Positions 1 to 13,409 of a DNA stretch of 64,000 bases are shown one piece after another. This stretch comes from Mobula hypostoma. Lineage: Eukaryota. How positions within the stretch are numbered: the first letter of the stretch is position 1; each line of letters begins with the position of its first letter. Both the position numbers and the translations under genes were made by a program. Location of the stretch: positions 21,328,001-21,392,000 of the forward strand of contig NC_086108.1 in assembly GCF_963921235.1 (NCBI RefSeq), given 5' to 3'. Under the pieces are notes generated by a model, which was not told where the DNA came from, did no database searches, and saw only the letters and a program-made list of their open reading frames with translations.

Positions 1-1065
1 AGAGTGATGGGGCAAAATTGAGTGTAGTTGCTATTATTAAGGAGAAGGTGCTTGGAAAGCTGAAAGGATAAAGGTAGATAAATCAGGGTTCTGAAAGAGG
101 TAGGTGAAGAGATTGCAGAGGCACTAGTAGTGATCTTTTAAGAATTACTAGATTCTGGAAAGGTTCCGAAGGACAGGAAAATTGCAAATGTCACTCCAAT
201 CTTTAAAATCTTTAACATCTGCCGGACGATGCTGAGGATGCTCTACCAGTCTGTAGTGGCCAGTGCTATCATGTTTGCTGTTGTGTGCTGGGGCAGCAGG
301 CTGAAGGTAGCAGACACCAACAGAATCAACAATCTCATTCGTAAGGCCAGTGATGTTGTGGGGATGGAACTGGACTCTCTCACGGTGGTGTCTGAAAAGA
401 GGATACTGTATAAGTTGCATGCCATCTTGGACAATGTCTCCCATCCACTACATAATGTACTGGTTGGGCACAGGAGTACATTCAGCCAGAGACTCATTCC
501 ACTGAGATGCAACACAGAGCGTCACAGGAAGTCATTCCTGCCTGTGGCCATCAAACTTTACAACTCCTCCCTTGGAGGGTCAGACACCCTGAGCCAATAG
601 GCTGGTCCTGGACATATTTCCTGGCATAATTTACATATTACTATTTAACTATTTATGGTTTTATTACTATTTAATTATTTATGGTGCAACTGTAACGAAA
701 ACCAGTTTCCCCCGGGATCAATAAACTATGACTATGACTATGACTATGAAAAGGGAAAGGTGCAGAAGAAAGGAAATTTACTTGGATTTTTAGAAGGCTT
801 TTGCCACACATAGGCTGCTTATCAAGATGAGAGCCCACAATAGTACAGAAAAGTTACTTGCATAGATAGAAGACTGGTTGACTGGTAAAAGGAATAAGGG
901 CATAGACTATTTTCTAAATGGGGAGAAAATTCAAAATTCTCTGGTGCAAAGGGACTTGGGAGCCCTTGTGCAGAATTCCCTAAAGGTTGGCTTGCAGGTT
1001 GAGTCGGTGGTAAGGAAGGTAAATGCAATGTTAGCATTCATTTCGAGAGGACTAGAATATGAGCA
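1..1065 (+). mobile_element. Degenerate CR1 LINE ORF2 remnant, split by a Rex1-like insertion (206-748)
   Basis: The sequence and ORF 878..1087 (YFLNGEKIQ..VQRDLG..NAMLAFISRGLEY) resemble the CR1 RT region of better-preserved copies in this window; many deletions. Confidence 0.75.
206..748 (+). mobile_element. 5'-truncated Rex1/Babar-like LINE 3' end with (ACTATG)n tail
   Basis: ORF 229..600 is nearly identical to the C-terminus of ORF 31689..32288, followed by AATAAA and (actatg)x4. Confidence 0.85.
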
Positions 1066-1624
1066 AGAACATAATCAAATCAAATGAAATCAAGTTTAAT
1101 TGTCATCTAAACCATACATGGATACAGCCAAATGAGACAGTGTTCCTCAGGGGCCAAGTTGCAAAAACTTACCCACGCATTCAAAATAACAAGAAAAAAA
1201 GTTATTTAAAATAACAAATTTTAGACCAAGATCCTGAGTTCCGAGTTCCAAGTTCCAAGTCCTGCTAATGAATGGTTCCCGGCAGTCCAGCTTATAATTC
1301 CACTGATCTGCCACTTGAGGTCAGTATCAACAGGAGTGGCCGCCCCCCACCCCCCTCCCCCCGTCAACCGAGCGCAGATGCCACTCTACAATGCAAGCCC
1401 GAAAACTGAGGCCTCGTTCTAGTACAACTGCAGTGGCACTGCCCCCACACCTCATGACCCCCACCAAACACGGGAAGCAGGATTGCAGCAATCAATGTCT
1501 AACAGGTTTCTGTGATCGCAAAACAAACATCTAAGACAGTCATTTACGATTTTACTGCACGCCACCTTCACAGCAACTCGAAGGCACCCCAACTCCAGTG
1601 CCTCCAAGTAGCATGCAGCAGCAT

Positions 1625-2092
1625 GGTCTCCACGCTGAGGCTTTATAAGCATTGGTCAGACAGTACTTGGTGTATTGTGAGCAGCTTTGGGCCCCGTACC
1701 TAAGAAAAGATGTGCTGACATTAGAGAGGGTCCAGAGGAGGTTTATGACAATGATCCCGAGAACAAATGGGTTTACATATGAGGGGCATCTGAAGCCTCT
1801 GGAGTTCAGAAGAATAAGAGAGAATCTCATTGAAACCTATTAAATATTTAAAGGCCTAGTTAGAGTGGATGTTGAGAGGATGTTTTCTATACTGTGCGAG
1901 TCTAGGTCCAGAGGGCAAAGCCCCAGATTAGAGGGACATCCATTTAGAACCGAGATGAGGTGGAATTTCTTTAGCCAGAAGACAGTGAATCTGTGGAATT
2001 CATTGCCACCTGCAGCTGTGGAGGCCAAGTCATTCTGTATATTTAAAGCAGAGATTGATAGCTTCTTGATTAATCAGGGAAAGGGTCTGGGG
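1625..2092 (+). mobile_element. Older CR1 3' fragment, continuing at ~5481-5575 after the nested young CR1
   Basis: ORFs 1652..1843 and 1865..2125 (YCEQLWAPYLRKD; FFSQKTVNLWNSLP); the 3' end resumes as ggcaggtgaatggg... at ~5480. Confidence 0.8.
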
Positions 2093-2196
2093 AGAAACAT
2101 AGAAACACAGAAACATAGAAAATAGCTGCAGGAGTAGGCCATTCGGCCCTTCGAGCCTGCACCGCCATTTATTATGATCATGGCTGATCATCCAAC

Positions 2197-5100
2197 TCAG
2201 AACCCCGCCCTAGCCTTCCCTCCATACCCCCTGACCCCTGTAGCCACAAGGGCCATATCTAACTCCCTCTTAAATATAGCTAATGAACTGGCCTCAACTG
2301 TTTCCTGTGGCAGAGAATTCCACAGATTCTCCACTCTCTGTGTGAAGAAGTTTTTCCTAATCTCGGTCCTAAAAGGCTTCCCCTCTATCCTCAAACTGTG
2401 GGCCCTTGTTCTGGACTTCCCCAACATCGGGAACAACCTTCCTGCATCTAGCCTGTTCAATCCCTTTAGGATCTTATACGTTTCAATCAGATTCCCCCTC
2501 AATCTTCTAAATTCCAACGAGTACAAGCCCAGTTCATCCAGTCTTTCTTCATATGAAAGTCCTGCCATCCCAGGAATCAATCTGGTGAACCTTCTTTGTA
2601 CGCCCTCTATGGCAAGGATGTCTTTCCTCAGATTAGGGGACCAAAACTGCACACAATACTCCAGGTGTGGTCTCACCAAGGCCTTGTACAACTGCAGTAG
2701 TACCTCCCTGCTCCTGTACTCGAATCCTCTCACTATAAATGCCAGCATACCATTCGCCTTTTTCACCGCCTGCTGTACCTGCATGCCCACTTTCAATGAC
2801 TGGTGTATAATGACACCCAGGTCTCGTTGCACCTCCCCTTTTCCTAATCAGCCACCATTCAGATAATAATCTGTTTTCCTATTTTTGCCACCAAAGTGGA
2901 TAACTTCACATTTATCCACATTAAGTTGCATCTGCCATGAATTTGCCCACTCACCCAACCTATCCAAGTCACCCTGCATCCTCTTAGCATCCTCCTCACA
3001 GCTAACACTGCCACCCAGCTTCGTGTCATCTGCAAACTTGGAGATGCTGCATTTAATTCCCTCATCCAAGTCATTAATATATATTGTAAACAACTGGGTT
3101 CCCAGCACTGAGCCTTGCGGTACCCCACTCGTCACCGCCTGCCATTCTGAAAAGGTCCCGTTTATTCCCACTCTTTGCTTCCTGTCTGCTAACCAATTCT
3201 CCACCCACACCAGTACCTTACCCCCAATACCGTGTGCCTTAAGTTTGCACACTAATCTCCTGTGTGGGACCTTGTCAAAAGCCTTTTGAAAATCCAAATA
3301 TACCACATCCACTGGTTCTCCCCTATCCACTCTACTAGTTACATCCTCAAAAAATTCTATGAGATTCGTCAGACATGATTTTCCTTTCACAAATCCATGC
3401 TGACTTTGTCCGATCATTTCACCGCTTTCCAAATGTGCTGTTATCACATCCTTGATAACTGACTCCAGCAGTTTCCCCACCACCAACGTTAGGCTAACTG
3501 GTCTATAATTCCCCGGTTTCTCTCTCCCTCCTTTTTTAAAAAGTGGAGTTACATTAGCCACCCTCCAATCCTCAGGAACTAGTCCAGAATCTAAAGAGTT
3601 TTGAAAAATTATCACTAATGCATCCACTATTTCTTGGGCTACTTCCTTAAGCACTCTAGGATGCAGACCATCTGGCCCTGGGGATTTATCTGCCTTTAAT
3701 CCCTTCAATTTACCTAACACCACTTCCCTACTAACATGTATTTCGCTCAGTTCCTCCATCTCACTGGACCCTCTGTCCCCTACTATTTCTGGAAGATTAT
3801 TTATGTCCTCCTTAGTGAAGACAGAATCAAAGTAATTATTCAATTGGTCTGCCATGTCCTTGCTCCCCATAATCAATTCACCTGTTTCTGTCTGCAGGGG
3901 ACCTACATTTGTCTTTACCAGTCTTTTCCTTTTTACATATCTATAAAAGCTTTTACAGTCAGTTTTTATGTTCCCTGCCAGTTTTCTCTCATAATCTTTT
4001 TTCCCCTTCCTAATTAAGCCCTTTGTCCTCCTCTGCTGAACTCTGAATTTCTCCCAGTCCTCAGGTGAGCCACTTTCTCTGGCTAATTTGTATGCTTCTT
4101 CTTTGGAATTGATACTAACCCTAATTTCTCTTGTCAGCCACGGGTGCACTACCTTCCTTGATTTATTCTTTTGCCAAACTGGGATGAACAATTGTTGTAG
4201 TTCATCCATGCAACCTTTAAATGCTTGCCATTGCATATCCACCGTCAATCCTTTAAGTGTCATTTGCCAGTCTATCTTAGCTAATTCACGTCTCATACCT
4301 TCAAAGTTACCCCTCTTTAAGTTCAGAACCTTTGTTTCTGAATTAACTATGTCGCTCTCCATCTTAATGAAGAATTCCACCATATTATGGTCACTCTTAC
4401 CCAAGGGGCCTCTCACGACAAGATTGCTAATTAACCCTTCCTCATTGCTCAAAACCCAGTCCAGAATACCCTGTTCTCTAGTTGGTTCCTCGACATGTTG
4501 GTTCAAAAAACCATCCCGCATACATTCCAAGAAATCCTCTTCCTCAGCACCTTTACCAATTTGGTTCACCCAGTCTACATGTAGATTGAAGTCACCCATT
4601 ATAACTGCTGTTCCTTTATTGCACACATTTCTAATTTCCTGTTTAATACCATCTCCGACCTCACTACTACTGTTAGGTGGCCTGTACACACTCCCACCAG
4701 CATCTTCTGCCCCTTAGTGTTACGCAGCTCTACCCATATCGATTCCACATCTTCCCGGCTTATGTCCTTCCTTTCTATTGCGTTAATCTCTCCTTTAACC
4801 AGCAACGCCACCCCACCTCCCCTTCCTTCATGTCTATCCCTCCTGAATATTGAATAACCCTGAAAGTTGAGCTCCCATCCCTGGTCACCCTGGAGCCATG
4901 TCTCTGTGATCCCAACTATATCATAATCATTAATAACAATCTGCACTTTCAATTCATCCACCTTATTACGAATGCTCCTTGCATTGACACACAAAGCCTT
5001 CAGGCGCTCTTTTACAACTCTCTTAGCCCTTATACAATTATGCTGAAAAGTGGCCCTTTTTAATGCTTGCCCTGGATTTGTCGGCCTGCCACTTTTACTT

Positions 5101-5228
5101 TTCTCCTTAGTACTTTTTGCTTCTACCCTCACTTTACACCCCTCTGTCTCTCTGCACTGGTTCCCATTCCCCTGTTGTGAACTAACCTCCTCACGCCTGG
5201 CCTCTTTAATTTGATTCCCACCCCGCAA
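2197..5228 (-). pseudogene. CR1 ORF2 (APE endonuclease + reverse transcriptase) with one frameshift and one nonsense codon
   Basis: ORFs 4599..5228 (NARSIRNK, GITETWL), 2848..4689 (GDFN, SDH, YLDFQKAFDKV, GVPQGSVLG, KFADDTKL) and 2197..2832. Frameshift near 4690; TGA at 2848-2850 where the sister copy has CGA. Confidence 0.93.
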
Positions 5229-5480
5229 CCATTATAGTTTAAAGTCACCTCAGTAGCCCCCGCTAATCTCCCTGCCAGGATATTGGTCCCCCTAGGATTC
5301 AAGTGTAACCCGTCCTCTTTGTACAGGTCACACCTGCGCCAAAAGAGGTCCCAATGATCCAAAAACTTGAATCCCTGCCCCCTGTTCCAATCCCTCAGCC
5401 ACGCATTTATCCTCCACCTCATCGCATTCCTACTCTCACTGTCGCGTGGCACAGGCAGTAATCCCGAGATTACTACCTTG
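5129..5480 (-). pseudogene. C-terminal part of CR1 ORF1, SGNH/GDSL esterase-like domain
   Basis: ORF 5129..5515 contains KVVISGLLPVPR...INAWL...DGLHLNPRG, typical of the CR1 ORF1 esterase, directly upstream of ORF2. Confidence 0.85.
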
Positions 5481-5619
5481 GCAGGTGAATGGGATTGAGA
5501 GGGATAATAAATCACCCATTATAGAATGGCGAAGCAGACTCAATGGGTTAAATGGCCTAATTCTGCTCCATTGTCTTTTAACAAAGATCTGTGAAGAGTT
5601 GTATTAGATTAATAACCAT

Positions 5620-6110
5620 ACATAAAACAACAGCAGAAGGCAGCAACTTGACCATTCCTGCTTGTACTGCAAATTAATCATATCTCACAGTTTCATATCG
5701 CTTATTTCTCTTTATATCTGAACATCTATTTATCTCTGTTCTCAATATACAATGATTCAAAATTCACAGCTTTGAGAAAAAGAATTCCAGAGCTTCACTA
5801 CCCTCTGGGTGAAGAAACTTTTTCTCAACTCTGTACTGAAGGGTCTGCTCTCTGTTTTGAGACTGTGACCCCTAATTCTAGATAAGCCTATCCTTACATC
5901 TACTCTAAGAAATCCTGAAATTATTTTGTACATTTCAATGTGGTCACCTCATTTTCTTAATCCCAAAGTATGCTTAATCTCTCCTCAAAGAATAGAATTT
6001 CCCCACTTCCAAATTCTGCAGAGCCTTTGTTGCATTCCCTTTCCTTAGGGAGACAGATCAGAACTGCACACAATTCGGGTACAGACCTATGCAGGGTAGC
6101 ACGATTGCCT
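5620..6110 (-). mobile_element. Old CR1 3' fragment
   Basis: agaattccagagcttcactaccctctgggtgaagaaac and aactgcacaca match the antisense CR1 3' region. Confidence 0.6.
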
Positions 6111-7329
6111 CTTGGTGACCATTCGACTGGAGTGCATATTAAACAGAAGAAGACATTTAGTGTGCATCTGCAAATCATTTTGCCAATATGTTTGACTTCC
6201 TAGGCTCTTCTTTAACTTCATTATTTTTCCCGTCTGCAATGTTACCATTTCAGATAATGCCCACACACAAGGCAGCAGGCATCAACAGAGTACAACCAAT
6301 AAATACCAATGATTAGCAACTGTGACCTATTTACTCTTTTGTGCTGCAAATTCCTTAATTAAAATTCATACTCAACAATTGACAGACTTTCATATAAACA
6401 AAAAAGTGGCTGGGAAATCTGAAGCTTTGTAGACTTGCAGTGTTCTTCTCAAATTATGGCTTTTTATTCTGTCATAATAGTACTTAAATAAAAGAAAAAG
6501 CAATTGCAAATATTTCATTCTCTATTGAATTTTAAAACACTTAAAATAGAGAAGACATAGCAAGTGAGCATATGATCTGATATCTTCATGTGTTAGGTTG
6601 TGCATTTTTTAAATTGATTTTTGGTTAGGTTCTCCTTGCATGGAGCCTGCACAATAATGTCAAACAATTTAAAATGCTAGTTTTTATGGCATTTATGCTA
6701 AATCCTAATACAAAAGTGACACTTGTTTCAGTTAGGCCTTAAAATTGGAGGGTTGAGACCTGCTTTTAAGTTTTCCAAAACAATAAACAATCTTAGGAAG
6801 AACTCATTAGGTCAAGCAACATCTGTTGCAGAGTTTCAACACAGAACACCAATAATTCCTTCATCCCTACCGTGGGATACACAGAGAGTTTATTACTCCA
6901 GATTATAGCACCTGCAGTTCCTTGTGTCTCCATTTGAGTTTTCTATGGTAGCCAACATTATCTGGGCCTATGACTGGGAGCCCAAGGTGGTCTTCTGTAA
7001 GGCAGGATCTTTCTTTATATTTTATAAAATGGATGGATTGTACATAAGACAACCAGTGAAGTTTCTTGCTTTCTAATGTCTTGCTCCATTGATGGATTCA
7101 TAACTGAGCCCAGAGCTGGTTCCAGATTGGCCTAAATTGAAGAGCCAGACACACTCCAGATCTGGTTTTCAGTTCAACGCCAACTACTCACACTACCGTA
7201 GAATATTTATATACAACAGTAAGTATGGTCATGACTTGCACAGCAAAGTGAACTAAGGCTGTATTGTCGTATTGGTATACTTTATTTTATTTATTTCTAT
7301 TTTTAATACTGTGTGGAATAGGTTCTTCC

Positions 7330-7570
7330 AGTCCTTTGAGTCATGCCGCCCAACAATCCCTAGCAACCCTGATTGCCCCCAACCTAATCACAGGACAATT
7401 TACAATGCCTAATTAACCTACCCGATGCACCTTTGAACTGCAGGAAGAAATTGGATCCCCACAGAAAACCCATGCACTCCACAGGGAGGACACACAAAGA
7501 CTCCTTACAGAGGATGTCGGGTTTGACCTCCGACATCCTCTCAAAAACGTTGCTGTGTAACACTGTGAAT
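7330..7570 (-). mobile_element. V-SINE/HE1-like SINE
   Basis: ctaatcacaggacaatttacaatgcctaattaacctac is the reverse complement of the core at 38590-38630; V-domain-like core recognised from memory. Confidence 0.6.
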
Positions 7571-7734
7571 TCAGATTTGCTGCTTCGCAGCCAAACAAAA
7601 AGGAACATCAAGCTCAGACATGAGTCACAGATTCTAAAGTTGAAAAGACCCTGTTAGACATTGGTAATGTAAAATACTGCAAGTCCATTTTCTTTTTATT
7701 GGGGAGACAGATGGCAGGTAGCTGCGCATAACTG

Positions 7735-8290
7735 ATAGTTCTGAGAAATTACCTCATATATGCAATGAACAAAAGGTAATAAAAAATAGGAAAAAAACCA
7801 GCATAAAACAAAATTGAAGATCTCGAATGTGTATTGAAAGAATGGATTCGTCAGCATCTGAGTGGACATATGCTGATCATGAAACAAAGGAAGATTTATC
7901 ACAAAGAACTGAAAATTGAAGATAATTGTGAATATTCAGCAGATTGGCTGCAGAAATTTAAGAAAAGGCACAGCATTAAATTTTTAAAGATGAAAAAAAA
8001 GTTAGAAGTAATGCGTTTGCTGATCAAGAAGCAGCAGAGAAATTCATTGATGAGTTTGTGAGGAGCGTTGCTGATGAAAATCTAACACCAGAACAAATCT
8101 TCAATACTGATTGTTTTTATACCTTCCATAAAACCTACAAAAACGGTAAAATACAAATACTGTAACCTTTTAATCAAAACACAGCATCGTAGTGGGAGAC
8201 TGAAAGCCTGCCGTTGTTTGTTGTTCAACAGCTGATTCAGATACTCTCCTGATGCTGCTGAGCTGCTTTTGTTACCCCCACACATTATAT
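7735..8290 (+). mobile_element. Tigger/pogo DNA transposon remnant (CENP-B-type HTH)
   Basis: ORF 7834..8061 LKEWIRQ...SADWLQKFKKRHSI, followed in another frame by AAEKFIDEF...ENLTPEQIFNTD. Confidence 0.75.
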
Positions 8291-9078
8291 GTTCATTATA
8301 TTAATGGGAACATTAAATTTACGTACAAACAGTATGAACAAGTGTAAGGCCTCAGGGTTTTGATAAAGTTCACCTCCAAAAAATAAGGGCTTGGGTATCT
8401 GTTGAAGGTCATTATCATCATGTGCACCAGAGAACTGGAATAGTTTGTCAGAATTTTTAAAGACACACCAGCACAGGAAAGCAAAGATCAGCGTAAAAGG
8501 AGTCTTTTTTTTGCAATTTTTCATCAAGTTTCACAAAGAAATGACTCTGTGCTTATCTTAATTAGCATTTATCATAAATTAATGACAGATATGGTAAACA
8601 AAATTAAGAAAAAGTGTCAGTGTTTATGTTTTCCACAATTTTATTCTGAAATGTGTTCAAACCAATAGTGAATAACAGCACATAGGCAAAATCTTGCGTA
8701 CATCTGAAAGCATTAACTGTAAAAACAACAAAAACAATTTGTCTGTATTATCATGACACAAATAGATCTAACTGGACTCTGGCATGATGTGGGAAGTTGA
8801 GCAAATTAGATAATTTAAATTTCCAACATCATATATATGGTTAGCCAAAAGGATCAGTGTGCCAAGAAAAGCATGGGTAGTGTTTTTCTATGGTCCTACA
8901 CCTTTTTTGATGTGCTTTCTTCGGTGAGTGTATGGGAAAAGCATCTGGAAAATCCAGCATTACATCTGGAAAAATAGAGGGAAGACATGGAACTATCTGA
9001 TAACATCTACCCGTCAGATGGCGCTGGAAAGTGACGAGTCTTTGTGTTATTTGACCCACAATACGGGAATCAGCAAAT

Positions 9079-10100
9079 ACAGTGGATTCCAGATAAATGG
9101 CACACATTGGGATCATATATTTTGGATCAATTAAGTGGCTGTCCCAATTAGCCAAAATTTCATGGAAATAGTTAAAAGGCATAATAAAGACAAACTACCA
9201 TTCAATACAGTAACAAATTACACATTTAAATCTTCTTCATGTGCCTTGTGCATTACACGCTTGGGCGATCATGGCATTCCACATCAAATGATCCCATGCA
9301 GCGTCAATGATATCTCGCACACTTAGATCTCTTAGTTCTTTTACAGTGTCCATATATTTTCTTCTTTGCCTTCCTCTTCTGCGTTTCCCAGGCATACGGC
9401 CTTGTAATGTAAGGCATTCTATTTCTGATGACATGGCCCAGGAATTTAAGTTTCCTTTCATTTAATGCTCTCATTAAAGACTTCTTTTGTATGGGCACGT
9501 TGGAGTACTGTCTCATTAGTTACTCTATCTCTAAATGATATTTTCAACATTCTTCTAAGAAACCACATTTCTGTTGCTTCTAAGTTTCTTTGGAGTTCTG
9601 GTGTTATAGTCCATGTTTTGGAAGCATACAGCAAAATTGACCAGATGTAACATTTTAGTAGCCTAAACCTTGTTGTCATAGAAATGTGTCCGTTTGTAAA
9701 AATGGGTTAAATTTAAATTTAAATGAATGCATTTAAATAAAATACAGAATAAATTAGAACACTACCACAGTATTAGAAAACTATGTATTAGTTCCTAATG
9801 GTTATTGACAATGGAATTCATTGCTGCTATGTCCTTTTGATTGACTATAAATGAACAAATTCAGCGCAGACGCCTTATGTAGAAAATGAACTACCTTTAT
9901 TGCCTTCCTGCATAAAGTTAAAATAAACAAAATTATCAAAAAATTACTGCTTTTTGAATTGGCGTCCTTTGGCCCAAATGGATAACATAACACAAGCACA
10001 TATGACTGATGCTTTTTCAAAATGGTTTGCTCTGTAATGTCGAACAACCGCTTCTGGCATCTCCAAGCCTGAATGCTTGAAACCACAGAGAACATAACAG
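9079..10100. mobile_element. Probable TcMar/Tigger-type non-autonomous DNA transposon, interrupted by an RTE
   Basis: Begins TA-CAGTGGATTCC with subterminal caatta repeats; the right TIR was not found. Confidence 0.4.
9231..9705 (-). mobile_element. RTE-clade LINE 3' fragment with (GAA)n tail
   Basis: ORF 9458..9679 (ILLYASKTWT...EMWFLRRMLKIS.RDRVTNE) and 9237..9461 (GKRRRGRQR); atttaaat occurs on both flanks as a likely TSD. Confidence 0.85.
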
Positions 10101-10119
10101 ACCTGAATTTATGCACACT

Positions 10120-11060
10120 TTGAAAGGGAGAATAAACCTACTTCTATATGAACCCCTGCTGCATCCAGTGACCCTGTGATCTTTGTCTCAGAGTCTGACG
10201 CCAGAACATCTTTTAAAAAGGTGAATTCTCACAAGGCGTCAAGCCCTGAAGACGTACTTGGTAGGGCTCTGAAAACCTGTGCCAACCAACTGGCGGCAGT
10301 GCAAGGACAACTTCAATCTCTCACTTCTGCAGTAGGTGGTTCCCACCTGCTTTAAAAGGGCGTCAATCATTCAGTGCTCCAATCATTCCGTGGTGAGCTG
10401 CCTCAACAACTATTGCCCAGTATCAATCACAGCTATTGTGATGAAGTACTTTGAGAAGTTGATCACGGCCAGAATTAACCCCTGTCTAAGCAAGGACCTG
10501 GATCTGCTACAATACCACCACAATAGGTCCACATAAGATGCAATCTCAATGGCTCTCCACTCAGCCCTAGACCACCTGGAGAACAGCAATAGCTACATCA
10601 GGCTGTTCAACATCATCATTCCCTCAGAACTAATCAACAAACTTCTCCTCACTGAAAATCAAAACATGTGCACATGCACTTAGCCCGCTTCTCTATTCTC
10701 TCTACACTTATGACTGTGGGGCTAGGCACAGGTCAGACGCCTTCTATAAATTTGCTGATGACACAACTGAGGTTGGCAGAATCTCTAACAACGTACAGGA
10801 GTGAAATAGAATGGCTGGTTGAGTAGTGTCACAACAATCTTGCCTTCAACATCAGTTAAATCAAGGAACTGATTGTGGACTTCAGAAGGGGGAAGTTGGG
10901 AATGCACACAATGGTCCTCATTGAGGGGTCAGTACCGGAAGCAACACGTTCCTGAGTGTCAGGATCTCTGAAGGTCTATCCTGGGCTCAATGCCCAGGAA
11001 TTATGTAATTATGAAGAAAGCACACCAACAACAATATTTCATTAGGAGTTTGAGATTTGA
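10120..11060 (+). mobile_element. Degenerate Rex1-like LINE RT region
   Basis: ORF 10336..10536 (VPTCFKRASII..LNNYCPVSIT..MKYFEKL) and aaatttgctgatgac (KFADD). Confidence 0.7.
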
Positions 11061-13409
11061 ATGTGGCAGACTGGCACATCCCAAGGTATAAGGAATACAT
11101 GCTGAAAGACTTGCTGAAGCTTCGTAGTAAATACTGTGTAAGTAAAGGATTCAATGTAGGGACTCCTATCACTAGACAGTGAAGAGCTGGGCTCTGTGTA
11201 ATTCAAAAAACCTTCCAACTTTATGACTGATGAAAAAATAATGTCATAATGTAAATACTGTGAACATCTGTGGCTAGATGCTAGTGGGAGCGAATGTCCT
11301 CTATTGTGAAACTAAATTTTATGAATGAATTGCATTTTTGGAAATAACGCAGAATAGAAAGTAATTTACACAAGATGCTCAAGGGCAAAGCGCATTCTAT
11401 TTATTTACTAAGTGAAATGGCGCTTTAAACCACTTTTTATAATGTTGATTATAAAACATTTATAATGTACATACTGGTATTTAAGCACATTTATTCCATA
11501 TCCATACTTTAAAATCTAACTTTATTTTTTCATTCTTTATTCTTTAGAATTGTTGAATGTTGTTTTTGTTGCATGTTGTACCATCACACTACAGCAAATT
11601 TCTAATACATGTTAATGTATGTACAGTATGGGGAATAAAATTGATCCTTTTGATCCTTTGGTTCTTGTTCCTTCTGGTAGAGATTGCTTCATGCTGTAGT
11701 GAGCAAACTATATCAACAGAGGATCTATAACCTCACCCATTTACCTCTACCTTAAGGGAGAGTCAAAATGCAACAGGGTCGGACAAGCATTGATCCTCTG
11801 AGTAAAAAGGGTGATTGGAGAAACACTGAGTTATAGGAAAGGGTCTCTAACCCCATTTGACTTTCATGGATGTTGAAAAGCTTAAGACCAGGGATCAGAC
11901 TGACACTAGAGAATGCATCAACATACTTGCTCATAAATTTCCAGTAGTTACAGGTAACTGTTTACTAGAATATTCATTGATTTCATTTCCACATCCTTGG
12001 ATTAATTACAACATCTTTATCACTGTAACTATAGTTTCCAATTGGTTAACAATTGTGAAACAAACAGTTCATTTTTTTCCAGAGATATTGCTTTGGACTG
12101 GGATTAATTGAAATACGTTAACAAAGCATTAAATTCAGCAATTACCATTAAAAATGCAAGTCAATCAATCTTGCTATTAGTTTTCCAAAGGATGGAATAA
12201 CTTACTTGCCATCTTGAAAGAGAAAATTACATCAGTATAAGTTGGAGTTGATTGATCAGAGTTAACAGTGATAAATGAATACATACGGAACAGTTTTTAA
12301 AGCTACAAAATCATTGGTGTGTACAATATGATGCATGAACAGCTATCGTTCAATCTGGATAAAAGGATGAATTTTGAAATGCTCAGAAACCTCACAATGT
12401 ATTTTTGAACACAAAGTATTTTTCTCATATTCATGGCCACAGCTTAACAAGAACCATATGAGGTTGCCTTTGATGACAAATATAACAGTCTCCAAGAATT
12501 GTACTGTTGACATTAATAAAGTGTGTTACGAGTACCCTTTTACCATAAGAAATAGTTAACTGCTTCGAGTAAGAAGCTTTACAACTGCCATGCAAGAGTA
12601 GTTAGTATTTTGCAGAAAATAAACCTGCTGTATAATAAAGATTTTAAAAAAACCTTTGCTAATATTTGTTGAATTAATCACACTTCAACCACGAATTACT
12701 TTCAGTATGCAAAGGTAACAATGGAAAAAAACTCACTCAAAGTGAAGAGAAAAACAGGCAAGGAAGTGGAAATGAATTTATGACATAGAATGGGAAAGGG
12801 AGATTCCAGGGGCAGCAAGAAAGAGAAATTATGGGGAAGCATCTTGGAGAGGAAAAAGTGGGAGGACAAAGAGAAAATGAAGCAGGAGAACTGAAAGTAA
12901 AAAGCACTGAAGGGAGAAGAATCAACGGTAAGAGGAGAAGGGCAGAGGCAAAATAAGCATTAAGATTAAAATTTTGCAACATAATTTACCAAGAAGCAGA
13001 ATGTGAAAGGAAATAAATAAAGAGACAAAAATGAAGACAAAAGCAGAGCTCTCAGTTGCTCCTATTCTGGCTTCTTCCCCCTCTCCTTCAGGTCCTGTTG
13101 AATGATCTCAGCCTGAAACATCGACTGTTTATTCCTCTCCATAGGTGCTGCCTAACCTGCTGAGTTCCTCCATCATTTTGTATGCAACTGCACCTTTTTG
13201 TTCCAAAGTATTATTTTTTTCTTTTCTGCTTCTAACTGCTGGTTTTCAAAGCAATTGTTTTCATTTCAACTTTGATCCACACCCTACTGCAGACATTCCT
13301 TCTGGTCACTCTATTCCCTGCCATTTTTGAAACTTAAAACTGAAATTTTTTCTTACTTTTCCAGTTTAGATGAAGGGTCTTTGACCTGTAACTTTGGCTT
13401 TTACTTTCC

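Larger units (their letters stand above)
2093..5480 (-). mobile_element. Young CR1 LINE copy 1: end of ORF1, full ORF2 (disabled), octamer tail
   Basis: APE endonuclease and RT motifs, an esterase-type ORF1 end, and a (TTTCTATG)n-like tail at 2093-2120; near-identical to the copies at 15291 and 55095. Confidence 0.95.

Noticed and set aside
2174..4717. Plus-strand ORFs of 93-230 aa (and equivalents at 15978, 16401, 55580)
   Set aside because: Antisense shadows of CR1 ORF2, repeated in each copy; not independent genes.
12206..12212. 7-nt minus-strand microexon (ttttctctttcaag|ATGGCAA|gtaagt)
   Set aside because: AAG acceptor, frame-shifting length and no other support; plausible by chance.
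12737..12982. Hydrophobic ORF on the minus strand
   Set aside because: Arises from a purine-rich low-complexity tract.
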